DNA of 34,039 nucleotides from Bipalium vagum (taxonomy: Eukaryota), in NCBI GenBank assembly GCA_037834085.1, contig JBBMKC010219464.1, positions 1 through 34,039 of the forward strand, given 5' to 3'. Below are positions 1 through 10,397 of the stretch, in pieces (within the stretch, counting starts at the first letter, position 1; every line of letters starts with the position of its first letter). Made by a program: the position numbers and the translations under genes. The notes beneath the pieces are model-generated. The model did not search any database. It saw nothing but the letters and a program-made list of their open reading frames with translations, and was not told where the DNA came from.

Positions 1-246
1 TTAGATTTATGAAGCACTATGACAAAAAAAATATTGAAAAATAATTTTAATATAATGAACAGCAATTAATCTAGAAGTATGATGTAGCCTAAAGATCAAA
101 CTAAATATATAATTATTATACCTATTCCATTTATTTTTGCTTATTATTTATTATTATTTAATTATCGCTTTATTTTTTTAATATTTTATCAATCAATCAA
201 ATTCGACTTTACATTTTATACATATATTACAAAAAAGGCAATATAA

Positions 247-475
247 TGCCAAGAATAAAAACAACACAACATTAAGGGATCACAAATACACAATATTAAA
301 TGTTTTGATAAAAACAATACAATATTAAGAGATCACAAATACTAATACAAGTTTTAATCAAATATGTTAGTTTATTGATTGTTCGACGGAGTTGGCACTT
401 CCTGAATCACGGACGCTGCTCCTGGTATGTTGGCCGAATCTGCTCGTGGATTTGGACTTGGTCGTAGTCTCCACA
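247..475 (-). mobile_element. LTR-like fragment beginning TGTGGAGACTAC (minus strand); left boundary uncertain
   Basis: Minus strand starts TGTGGAGAC at 475, similar to the TGTGGAGTC start at 6883. It is followed by a GC-richer block, an AATAAA (371-376, minus) and a TG/T-rich tail. It abuts and truncates the mariner at 476. No TSD found. Confidence 0.35.
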
Positions 476-1942
476 GATCCTTTACGATAACCGTAAACGT
501 CCATCGGAGTGGGTAGGTAGTGGTTCAGTTCCAAATTGTTCTCCAAAACCAAGTTTGCATCCCAAACAGATTTGGATATCAGTTTGGTGATGTCAGACGA
601 GTTTGATTCATTACGAATTCCTAAAAACGGTGAATCAATAACATCAGTTGTATATTGCAATCAATTGGATCAATTAAAAGTTTTGCATCCAGCAATTGTC
701 AACAGAAATATTCCAATTTTGCTGCATGACAATGCGAGGCCACGTGTCGGAAAACAAATACTACAAAAGGTAAATGACCTTGGATATAAGATTCTTCCAC
801 ATCCGGCATACTCATCGGACTAATCTCGAGCGGATTATTATTTATTTCAAGCATTACATTATTTCCTGTCTCGAAAGGTTTTCAATAGTTACGACACCGT
901 AAAAACAGGTATTTGTTCACTAACTAGTTTATCAAACGTTAAAGCTAACTTCAACTCTTAGGTGGTGCAAAAATAATTACAATCAGTAAAGCAAAACCTG
1001 TATTTATAACACAAAATCACAATGATAACAATTACACAAAAATCGTTAAACTCAAGGATCACAATAAGATTGAAATGTCTGCAATTGTCTTTATCAATCA
1101 AGCACAAAAGGTTTATAAAATAAAACAAAAAAAACTTAAATGATTCAATAGTCAAATTATGATAATAATTAATTAATAATTATATTAATAATAAAGTAAA
1201 CTGTTAAGCAAGAAGAAAATAAAATAAGCGAGCTTACAAGTTTGCTTCGTTTAAGCTTCCCGGACTATTATCTGAGACTTACAGTTAGCCCTCTGGTGGG
1301 GAACTCAAACAGAATCCCAGGATTGGGTACATTAAAAATATACTTGGAATTCTCTGATAATTTCCTCCGAATATTGATTGTCTTCTCCGAATAACGATTG
1401 TCTAATTTCTCGTTGTCGTCTGCTTGTTGAGGGCCAATTTATGGAGAAATCCTTCTCCTTATATAGTATTTTGGTCGACGACTAATCAGTCGTAGACCAA
1501 TTTTATTAATGGAAAATGTCAATTCCCATTAGATCATTAATCCTAAATTGGTCCCTCCTTGTGGACCCTGATCTAATCTTGGCAATTTAGGTTCGCCATT
1601 GTCAAGATTAGGTCCCAACAAAAAATAATTTATTGCCTTTTTTCCATTTAATTAACTTTTGTACTTTTTAATTAGCTAAAATTATTATTTAATTATAATT
1701 TTGAGAACCCTTTTACCATTTTCCTTTGGGACGGATGGGTGTTTTGGGTAAACCCAACATATTTGAGGAATTCGTCGTGTCTCATAAACATGATTTCTAT
1801 GAAAAAGGAATATTAAGTCTTCAATCACGTTGGGAACAATGTATTAAATGTAATGGAAATTATTTTTAATAAATAAGTGTCAAAAATTATTTCATTTTCT
1901 TTTTCATTCGAAAAAACGCTAATTTATTTCCGAACAACCTGA
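476..1942 (+). mobile_element. Degenerate mariner (DD34D, cecropia-like) 3' half, interrupted by a solo LTR at 914-1759
   Basis: Translation across stops and frameshifts gives ILYDNRKR..PKPSLHPKQ.ISVW*CQTSLIHYEFLK-NGESITS..LLHDNARP..LGYKILPHPAYSSD..DYYLF. It resumes after 1763 as FEEFVVSHKHDFYEKGILSLQSRWEQCIKCNGNYF*. A mariner-type right TIR (..CGCTAATTTATTTCCGAACAACCTGA) ends at 1942. Confidence 0.9.
914..1759 (-). mobile_element. Solo LTR (846 bp), gypsy-type
   Basis: TGTT...AACA inverted termini; 4-bp TSD TATT at 910-913 and 1760-1763; mariner coding sequence continues on both sides; TATATAA on the minus strand at 1459-1465; no coding capacity recognised. Confidence 0.8.
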
Positions 1943-1973
1943 AAGTATTATTATCATTATTATTAAAAAATAC

Positions 1974-2406
1974 CTTTTCTTAATTCTCTTTGGACGAACG
2001 CAACCATTAAAAGATTTTGGAGTCAGGTATTAGGCTGATCTTTGTTAACAAAATATAATTATTTTCTACCTGTCATAGTATAATATTTGATCTCTTAATA
2101 GTATAATTCAGACCAAGATACTAGCAATAATAACCACTTGATTTGTGAATATTAATATTTAATATATTATTCATTAATATTTTTTCCTTGATTTTGCGAT
2201 CGATAAATATTTTTATTATATATTTTATTTTGTATTTCAGGTAAAATGTTAACATTTATATGGTTAACGTGAGTGGATTTAATAGTTACCTGAAATTTTC
2301 CGAAAATTAAATGTAAAATGTCAAGGGTTTGAATAATGTAAGGAAAATTCCAAATAAAACAATGTGAATGCCGCATTGCAAGATGAGCAAAAATCACAAA
2401 AGAAAT
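1974..2406 (-). other. Possible 5' exons of an unidentified minus-strand gene continuing left of the window
   Basis: There is an AG|...CAG|GTAACT-bounded 117-bp segment at 2290-2406, a GTGAGT donor near 2625, and a short ATG-initiated segment MVAFVQRELRK ending at AG|GTATTT (1973). No protein homology recognised and no coherent coding splice found. Confidence 0.2.
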
Positions 2407-4318
2407 CTAAAAACTAAACATAAGATAACGAAAATAGAATTATAATGGCGATTTGAATCAGTATTCGAGATGGTGGGTAATTTTGTAGAGTTTTATTTAA
2501 AGATAGCACATTTTAAAAAATCGATTTTTTGTTAATGTTGGTAAAAACAATCTGGTGAATAATTGAGTAGTTCGCTAAAAAACCTGAAACGTGATTCTAC
2601 ACATATTTAGTAAGAAAGATTTACTCACTTTTCTCAGATATTAAAATTTTTTGTAGTAATTTTGCTAGTTCAATTAGTTTTTAGCTGTATTGAATTGATT
2701 ATACTGATATTTTATCGTATAGTAGTTGTTGTAAACGCTTTACAATATTTTGTTGTAACTTGTTTTGACCGTTTCATTTCTTAAAATAGATGAAACAATT
2801 CATCGAATTAAATTTGAATATTTTTTCTAATCAAACAAATTTAATTTTAAAAATATAAATTCACTTCTTCATTTACGAAATATCAAATTTAAATAATATT
2901 TGTGAATTAAAGATTTTAATAAAAATATAATTCAAATAAAATTTTTAAAGTTTAGCAGTCAACATTAATAATTCTTAATTCATTGTACTGGAACAACTTA
3001 CTAGTGATATTAATTACCAATTCGATTATACATTTGATGGAAAACCATTAATACTACATTCCAACATATTTCATAACATGTAAACTGTTACAAATTATTC
3101 AATATATCATAAAATATAATGCTTAACTTAATTGTTAAGTGAAACAAATAAAATTTTCAATTTGTGACTCAACAAGCAAAATATTTATGAATTAAAGAAT
3201 GTCATAATCAATTAAAAAACAAATTTAATAAATTGCCATTTTCAGATCAGTCTTTCTATTTCAATCAGTTTATAATGTAATTTAATTAATTACAGTCAAA
3301 TCAAAATTAGATAGCTAATCAGAAAAAACTCTGAATTGTTCACGAAAATTTGGTTTTAAATTTTTAAATAGCACGATTAATTAATAACAGAAATTAAAAA
3401 TAACAATATTGAAACATGTATTGAAACTTTCTCATATATCCTTTTTATCAAATCTGACAATTCAAGAATGCTTCTTTCTAAAAAAAGTATAATAATAATA
3501 AGCAAAACCTTCACAAAAATCCTGCATTTGTTAACCCAATCCTCACTTTAACGTTCTCGTTAACAAATGCGATAAATCATTTAAACCAATGCCAACAACC
3601 TGCGATAAAGCACCACCCAAAAAACCATTTCCAGAGACATTGCTAGCAGGTTAGAATTACTGATGTTTTAAGACTCAACCAATTTTACACTTCACAATAA
3701 TCAGCACCAACCACAACAAAAAACTCAGATCAGTTTCCACTGATTGAATCTCTAGGAATGTACAAACACTCCATCTATATATAAGTTGATCAAATAAATC
3801 AATACCGTGATAATAAGCTTGAAAAGTTCACGTAATCATCATCACAAAGTATTTCATTCACACACAATTAAAACCAGATAAATGCTCAATCCGGTGTACA
3901 TTTACAAATGTGGGTAAAACAATTTTTACAAATATAACAAAATAACCAGAAAATTATTGATCCAAACCGATTACCATTATTGTGAAGAATTTCCAGATAA
4001 GCAGTAAACAAAAAAATTCAAATAGATCTCAACGATTATTTTTTTAACAAGAGGGAACTTATTTCAAAAAAACAACATACACGCATAATGATAATTGCAA
4101 TCAGCCACAAAACTCAACAGACACGGGGAATGAAGCGGTTTGGGAGAGGGGAAATGAATGAAACTTGAACCATTTTAATAATAATTTACAAACAATTTTT
4201 TTAATAATAAATCAACCTGATTGAATCAAGCCAGTTTCTATTGAAATTAAATCAATTAATTAAACTTTCAGATACCGTTATAATTATTGTTACTATACAC
4301 AAAAGCACCGGGGTTTTG

Positions 4319-5836
4319 TCAATATCGATTATTCTGTTGCGGCTGCCGGTGGGAAGAAAACATATTGTAATCATTTCGACCGGACGATTGAGTCGGTGTG
4401 GGCTTATTAGAGTTTGAAACGGTCGATTTTGAGTTGGCTGTGGCGGCAGACAAAGCAGTAGCAGTTGTAGTAGTGGTATGATTAACGGTATTCTCACTCG
4501 CTAACAGTTGACCTTCTCCTCTGGCCAAAGCATCTTTTACGCGGGTATCGAGCTCGTTCTCGTTTTGACACTCAGCAACATAAAGTCTTTTATCAATATA
4601 CTTCGGGATGGCTTTTATCTCTGTGTTTAATTGGGTTTCGATGTTTTTCAGTGCAAATCGATCATCGTATGTAATCAGATTGACAGCAACTCCCAAGTGT
4701 CCATAACGTCCCGATCGACCGATTCTGTGAAGATATGTTTCAGCATATTTGGGAAAATCAAAATTGATGACGACATTCACTGATGGAATGTCGATACCTC
4801 TTGTAAACAAATCCGTACAAACTAAATTTCTGCAATTCCCGTTCCGGAACTCATGGAACACACGGTTTCTGTAGACCTGATTCATTTTTGCATGAATGTA
4901 ATAGCATGAATAGCCGAGATCTGTAATTTTCTTCGCTAACAATTCGACTCTTTGAGCAGTGTTACAAAATATAATGGACTGATTGATTTGCAAGCGAGAA
5001 AATAACGTATTGAGACAATGAACTTTTTGGCGCTCTTGAACGTAAGCATAATATTGTGAAACGCCCTTTAGTGTCAGTTCATCCATCAAGTTAATTTCAT
5101 AAGGGTCTCGCATGTGTTTTTCGAGAAATTGCTGAACAGATTGGGGAAAAGTAGCAGAATATAACATTATCTGACGCTGGGAAGGTAATTTACTGATAAT
5201 ATAATCAATAACTTCTTCAAAATCTGCTGACAAAAGCTTGTCAGCTTCATCAATGACAAGTATTTTACAAAAATTTGTCGATACAACGTCTCGTTTAATC
5301 AAATCATGTACCCGACCAGGAGTGGCTAAAATAATGTGCACTGTCTGTTGAAGACGAACTATATCATCTTTGAGACTTGTACCACCTGTTGTAACCATTA
5401 TTTTTGTTTCTGTGTGCTTAGCAAGCTCTGTACAAATTTGACTAGTTTGCAATGCCAATTCACGAGTAGGAACTAAAATGATTCCTTGAATTTGATTAAT
5501 ACTGGGGTCTGTTTTTTCCAATAAAGGGATAGAGTAAGCACCAGTTTTACCAGTTCCATTTTTAGCTCTTGCTAGTATATCTCTTCCAATTAGGGAAATT
5601 GGAATGCTGGCCTCCTGTATTGGTGAAGGCATTTCCCATCCTTTTTCATAAATACCCTTCAAGATGTCTCGCTTTAAGCAAAAATCGTCAAAAGAGTTGC
5701 CTTGTGTGGCTGTTACATCAATCGTCTTAATACGATTATCTTTCTCTGGAATCTTAAGGTAGTGCTTCCATGAAGCCTGGTCATTTTGTGCATTAGATAT
5801 ACTATCACCACCTTGAATATTCACATTACTGTTCAT
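4319..5836 (-). CDS. DDX6: ATP-dependent DEAD-box RNA helicase DDX6/Me31B/RCK/p54/Dhh1 (planarian CBC-1-like), 505 aa
   Basis: Intact ORF with Q motif (GWEMPSPIQ), motif I AKNGTGKT (DDX6-diagnostic), [31 protein letters not shown] and HRIGRSGR. It also has the family signatures [42 protein letters not shown] and LYVAE. Confidence 0.97.
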   Translation of the reverse strand: MNSNVNIQGGDSISNAQNDQASWKHYLKIPEKDNRIKTIDVTATQGNSFDDFCLKRDILKGIYEKGWEMPSPIQEASIPISLIGRDILARAKNGTGKTGAYSIPLLEKTDPSINQIQGIILVPTRELALQTSQICTELAKHTETKIMVTTGGTSLKDDIVRLQQTVHIILATPGRVHDLIKRDVVSTNFCKILVIDEADKLLSADFEEVIDYIISKLPSQRQIMLYSATFPQSVQQFLEKHMRDPYEINLMDELTLKGVSQYYAYVQERQKVHCLNTLFSRLQINQSIIFCNTAQRVELLAKKITDLGYSCYYIHAKMNQVYRNRVFHEFRNGNCRNLVCTDLFTRGIDIPSVNVVINFDFPKYAETYLHRIGRSGRYGHLGVAVNLITYDDRFALKNIETQLNTEIKAIPKYIDKRLYVAECQNENELDTRVKDALARGEGQLLASENTVNHTTTTTATALSAATANSKSTVSNSNKPTPTQSSGRNDYNMFSSHRQPQQNNRY

Positions 5837-5838
5837 TT

Positions 5839-5889
5839 CTATAAAATGTAGAAATAAATTTTAAATAATGATTATCTAATATGCAATAC
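5839..5889 (-). other. Probable 51-bp 5'UTR intron of DDX6
   Basis: Minus strand reads TTG|GTATTG...ATTTCTACATTTTATAG|AAATG. The acceptor is 2 nt before the start codon, and the size is similar to the 42-bp unc5 intron. Confidence 0.55.
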
Positions 5890-6882
5890 CAAGATTTCTT
5901 TGTGTTAGATCAAAGTATTTCGAAAACGAATCAATCTAATTTAAAGAAATGTAAAATATAAACAATAAATTAATTAACAGTCCACATAATAAATAAAACT
6001 AAAAATTAATTTAATTTAATTTAATTTCTTAAGTAAAAAACTTTTATAAATTAAATTTTTTTATTATTTGATATTTTTTTGTATTTGACCTAATACATCG
6101 ATATCAGTCTTATGAGATGTTTGTATTTCAATAGTAATAAATTCCAACAATTCAATACTTTTTCTTTCAAAAGTTTGTCACAAATTATGAATGACTATTT
6201 GTACATATTTAGGTATAAAATCTTATTAAATCATATATTTAATAATTAAAATATATCATTTAACATTATCCAAATCTACAAACTTTAAAATATTTCATTT
6301 AATGTTAAAAAACCTTAATATTTCGATAATTAAATTTTAACCATTACAAATAATTAAATGATTTAATATTCACACATTGTTTCTCAACTCCTCTTTAATC
6401 AACTTGTAATATTAGAGAATCCCATTATAAGTCTTTTATTTGTAATTATAAATAATAAAAATAAAAAACTTTGAATTAAAATCTCCTTAAAGGTCTTTGA
6501 GAATATGTTAAAATAACTGTAAGAATATATTTAACTGTATTAATCTGAGATGCAAAAATGACTAATTTTGACACTCAGGAAGATTTTATGGTAAATAGTA
6601 TAAAATAAAAATGTCGAGGTTTGACTTCTATCTTTTAACTTACTGTAAATACAATTTTTTTCACTAAAAAATTTAAATAACATGCTGGCTAATTTAAAAT
6701 TATGTATTTTAATTATTAATTATTAATTCAAATTAATTAAATAAATTTTAAAAATAAATTAAATATTATTTAGGAGCAACTACTGATTTTTAATCAAATG
6801 CATGTCACCTTAAAATTCTTTAATTATAATTTTTAGAAATTTTTAGAATTTATATTTATTTTTAGTAAGAATTAATTATATA

Positions 6883-7820
6883 TGTGGAGTCTCCCACCTT
6901 CTGGCCAACCAAATCAACCGAACCCTTTAAAAACGTCAATAAAACCAAAGCAATCAAGGCCTTCGAAATAATAATATTATTGCATTGATTTTAAAAATTT
7001 TTAGTGATCATTTATTGTTTCATTTTATGTAAAAAAACAAAATATAACTCTATGTAATTTTATTTATTTATTTGTTTCATGTAAAAGTTAAAACCCAGAG
7101 TTTGATTTTAATAATTCTCCTTCTCGTGTGATTAATTAATATAAAATATAAAAAAATATTAAATTATAGGAAAAATAATAAAATAATATGTAAAATATAA
7201 AAAAATATTATTATAATTATAATTAATTTATAAAATATTTGGAAAAAATTTTTTAGTAACATAAAGTTACTATAAATGATTTTTTCAATAAAAATTTTAA
7301 TCAATATTACTATAAATAAATTTATAGTAAAAAATTTTAAGATGAATTCTAAAAATAGTAACTATAATAGTAACTATAAATAGTAACTAAAAGTTACTAT
7401 AATTAAAAATACAGAAAAATAAAATAATATAAATACTGAAGTGTTTCAGTATCAAAACACACAAAAAAGACAAAATAAACACGAACAAGAGTTCTAAAGA
7501 ATATCTCAGTCAAGAATAATTCCAACCCGACCAATTCCAGAGCAAAGCAGAACAATATTCGGATCACAATTCTCAACAATATTCGGATCAAAGTTCAGAA
7601 CAGTATTAGGATCAATATTCGGATAAACATTCGGAATAATATTCAGAACAAATTCGGAACTCCACGTGGAAATCTACGAACAGTAATCATACGTCTCAGG
7701 GTCCAGCATTCAAGGAGAAATAACCTTTAGTAAATTATTTTCTTGCTATAAGTTTATTAGATTTGATTACAAATCTAAATAGACTTTTATTATAAATATA
7801 AAATAATTTTTGGTTTCACA
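6883..7820 (+). mobile_element. LTR-like element (about 940 bp) with internal short tandem repeats
   Basis: TGTGGA...TTCACA termini; TATAAATA near 7428; TAGTAACTATAA-like repeats (7254-7402) and AATATTCGGAT-like repeats (7554-7660), the latter motif also present in the 914-1759 LTR. No matching TSD. Confidence 0.5.
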
Positions 7821-7984
7821 CTGCTCACAGGTGAACCGATACCCAAATAAAAAATGGTAATTAAAAACAAAATTAAAAACTATAATTCGATTACGAATTA
7901 TTAGTTATTAATTAAATTAAATAAATACTAAGAATTGGACAGCTACTCCAATACATTAGGATCAAATAATTGTTATTTTTTTTC

Positions 7985-8565
7985 TTACTTCCCAGTATTT
8001 TCTTTTTTTGTGTTCTTCACGTCTATTACATTGTGTTCTGCTAATGTAATGCAGCTGCTTTTTTCTATCATTTGCGAGATTTTTTCAAATCTTTTTCCTC
8101 CTCGTTTGTCTAAGGATTCTCCCTCTGCTACCCACCGATATTCCGTTGACTGTGGAACATTAGGCTGGCGTGCGAGTTCTCTCCAGTCTCCATTGTTATT
8201 AGCAACGACAATCAATTGCATTTTTAAAATTTCCTTTTCCGCTTTTTTCATTTTTGAAAATTTTCAAAATTTGTAAGCAAATATACCAATATACAAACAA
8301 ATATAAACAAATCATTTCAAATAAATAATGTTATCAATAATTTTTGTTATCAATAATATATGTGCCGTTCAATTCTCACTATCATTCTCATTTTGAAGTT
8401 TATTGTTCCATTTTGAAGTTTATTATTCTCATTTTGAAGTTTATTGTTCCATTTTTAAGTTTATTATTCTCATTTTGAAATTTATTGTTTCATTTTTAAG
8501 TTTATTATTCTCATTTTGAAATTTATTGTTCCATTTTTAAGTTTATTATTCTCATTTTGAAATTA
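7985..8565 (-). mobile_element. Tc1/IS630-superfamily transposon 5' fragment (N-terminal HTH region plus subterminal repeats)
   Basis: ORF 7985-8251 encodes NNGDWRELARQPNVPQSTEYRWV...DKRGGKRFEKI, a helix-turn-helix plus RGG linker typical of IS630-Tc1 (DD37E-like) transposases. No catalytic domain is present. A tandem array lies upstream. Confidence 0.6.
8384..8564. repeat. Minisatellite: 9 monomers alternating 21/20 bp (41-bp dimer x about 4.5)
   Basis: Alternating ATTCTCATTTTGAA(G/A)TTTATT and GTT(C/T)CATTTT(G/T)AAGTTTATT units read directly from the sequence. Confidence 0.9.
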
Positions 8566-8571
8566 AAAAGG

Positions 8572-8910
8572 TATAGTAGGACGGAGAACTGAATTTTTAA
8601 CTGAGGGTCCTTGAGAGTAAGATACCGAAAGGTGATCTGACTTTTCTCCCAACTCCTTATCACGGATTTTAACTCCAAAGTAAAATTGTATTAAAAAATA
8701 AAGTTGTTACATTTATATAAAATATATTTTATAAAACAACTTGTTAGTTCAGTTGATCGATTAAAAGTTGATCGTTTAAAAAGTTTATCGTGTCTCGTTT
8801 TTAAAAGTTAAAAAGTTTTAAAATCGATATTTTTTAAAAAGATTAAAAGGTTCAAATTTAGTAATCAACATTTTTATTGTCATTCAAATTTTAACTTCGA
8901 ACGTACGCGG
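8572..8910. mobile_element. Possible DNA-transposon/MITE terminal segment
   Basis: Sharp GC-richer start TATAGTAGGACGGAG followed by imperfect inverted repeats (AAGTTGTT...AACAACTT) and AAAAGTTGATCG direct repeats, a texture typical of DNA-transposon subterminal regions. A partner end was not confidently found. Confidence 0.3.
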
Positions 8911-9659
8911 AATAAATCATTCTGAATTTACATATATTTTATGTTAAGTTTCTAAAAAGTCCACTATCGATATTCTTAACCCAATAAACATAAAGAGTCC
9001 ACTATATGTTTGGTATTGGAGTGGATATGCGGAGAATACTGGCTCCCCATTAATAACACCAAGATGATTACAACCCCAGTATTTTCAATGTTAGATGAAT
9101 CAAATGCTGATCGTCTAGCGAACATCGATGTGTTAGGGTTGCACCACAACTCAACAATTATCAATATTATGTAATTAACTATTAGTATTAATATATAAAT
9201 ATTTGTAATATAGAATTTGTGCATCATAGAATTCTTAATTTTATTATAAATTGTGATAAATTTTTAGATGTACTTATAATAATGTATAATAATTAATTAA
9301 AGCATAAAAAATTAAAATTATCAAATTGGGAAATTGACAAAAATAATATTAAAAATTAAGGAAGAATTCAAGGAAATTTTTAAAAAAATTTGATGACAAT
9401 CAAAAATGATAAAAACCAGATAGAACATGTTTTAATGGCCTAACTTTTTTGAGGAAAAATACCACTCCCAGTTAATAAGTTATAATTACAAAATAACAGA
9501 ACCATACATTCCGAATCATTCAACACCAAAAAGCGAGGTAAGTCAACGTATTTCGAAATCAAAAGGAGAAATCAGTTCCAATCGTAAAGAAAATACATAA
9601 GATTCGTTTATGTAAATTAATTTCTAAGTGTATTTATTTTATTTTTATTATTATAGAGT

Positions 9660-10397
9660 ATATTATAACAGGCAACGACTTAATATTAAAATATGTTTTT
9701 CAGTATGATGCGCTGTGTATTTTTTTTTCTCTATTTTCTCTTTTAAAATGGTAGAGTGGTTATATAATTAAGAATAAGTGAAGAGGTATACCTCAACTAT
9801 GTACAGTTGCAAAAATGCACAACAACATCAGAGCTGTAAATCAGCCCTAACCAGTAACACACAACCAAGAGTGGAAACGTGTCTTGACAAGTCACAAATG
9901 CGACAAATGAACTGAAAAATAAAATGAAATGCTGGACATGTGCCTTACATGTTTGTTATATATGAATATCGAAAGAAGACGGGATGACAGGAGGATGACA
10001 TGGAGGAGCAGAAACGGTGAGTAAAATCAGGTGCGTAACAACATATCTTAATATAATAGTTGAAGAAGACAGAGAACAAAACTGTGGAAGATACTCGAAT
10101 GATGATGAAGTTTCAGAGGGCTACAAGATGCACCCAAAAGACAGAAGTCCGACAGATGGGGAGTTAGTCGGAGCTTGATACTGGAGAAAAGTAATGAATC
10201 TCCTCATATTCCATATTATAATACCTGCTGTCTTAAAGACTAAGGGCAATACAATAAATATTAAGTGGAACTGAATAATCATTTGTATGCTTGCTTAATC
10301 TAAATAAATGTTTTGGTGGGAAGTTGTTCAAAAATTTTATTGCATCCATTAAGTATTCCTTATTCTGAAAAAAACAGGAGTGGGCTGAGACTTTGCA
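9660..10397 (+). mobile_element. LTR-like or other repeat fragment
   Basis: Non-coding purine-rich island of raised GC with a TATA-like TATAATA near 10051, a GAAGAAGAC block and AATAAA at about 10253 and 10303. Termini and TSD not resolved. Confidence 0.3.

Noticed and set aside
367-660. 97-aa minus ORF with an apparent splice acceptor, resembling a terminal exon
   Set aside because: 476-660 is the antisense of recognisable mariner transposase and the rest is LTR-like; the ORF is incidental.
958-1155. Short hydrophobic ORFs (also 7403-7591, 18446-18634, 28881-29205)
   Set aside because: F/I/L-rich translations are expected from AT-rich LTR or intronic DNA; no domain evidence.
4252-4497. 81-aa alternative-frame ORF overlapping the DDX6 3' end
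   Set aside because: Shadow frame of a low-complexity coding region; no recognisable domain or splice support.
6097-6104. DRE-like CATCGATA upstream of DDX6
   Set aside because: Single imperfect 8-mer; ATCGAT occurs repeatedly elsewhere in the window.
8384-8564. Regularly spaced repeats as a CRISPR array
   Set aside because: No unique spacers, no cas genes, eukaryotic context.
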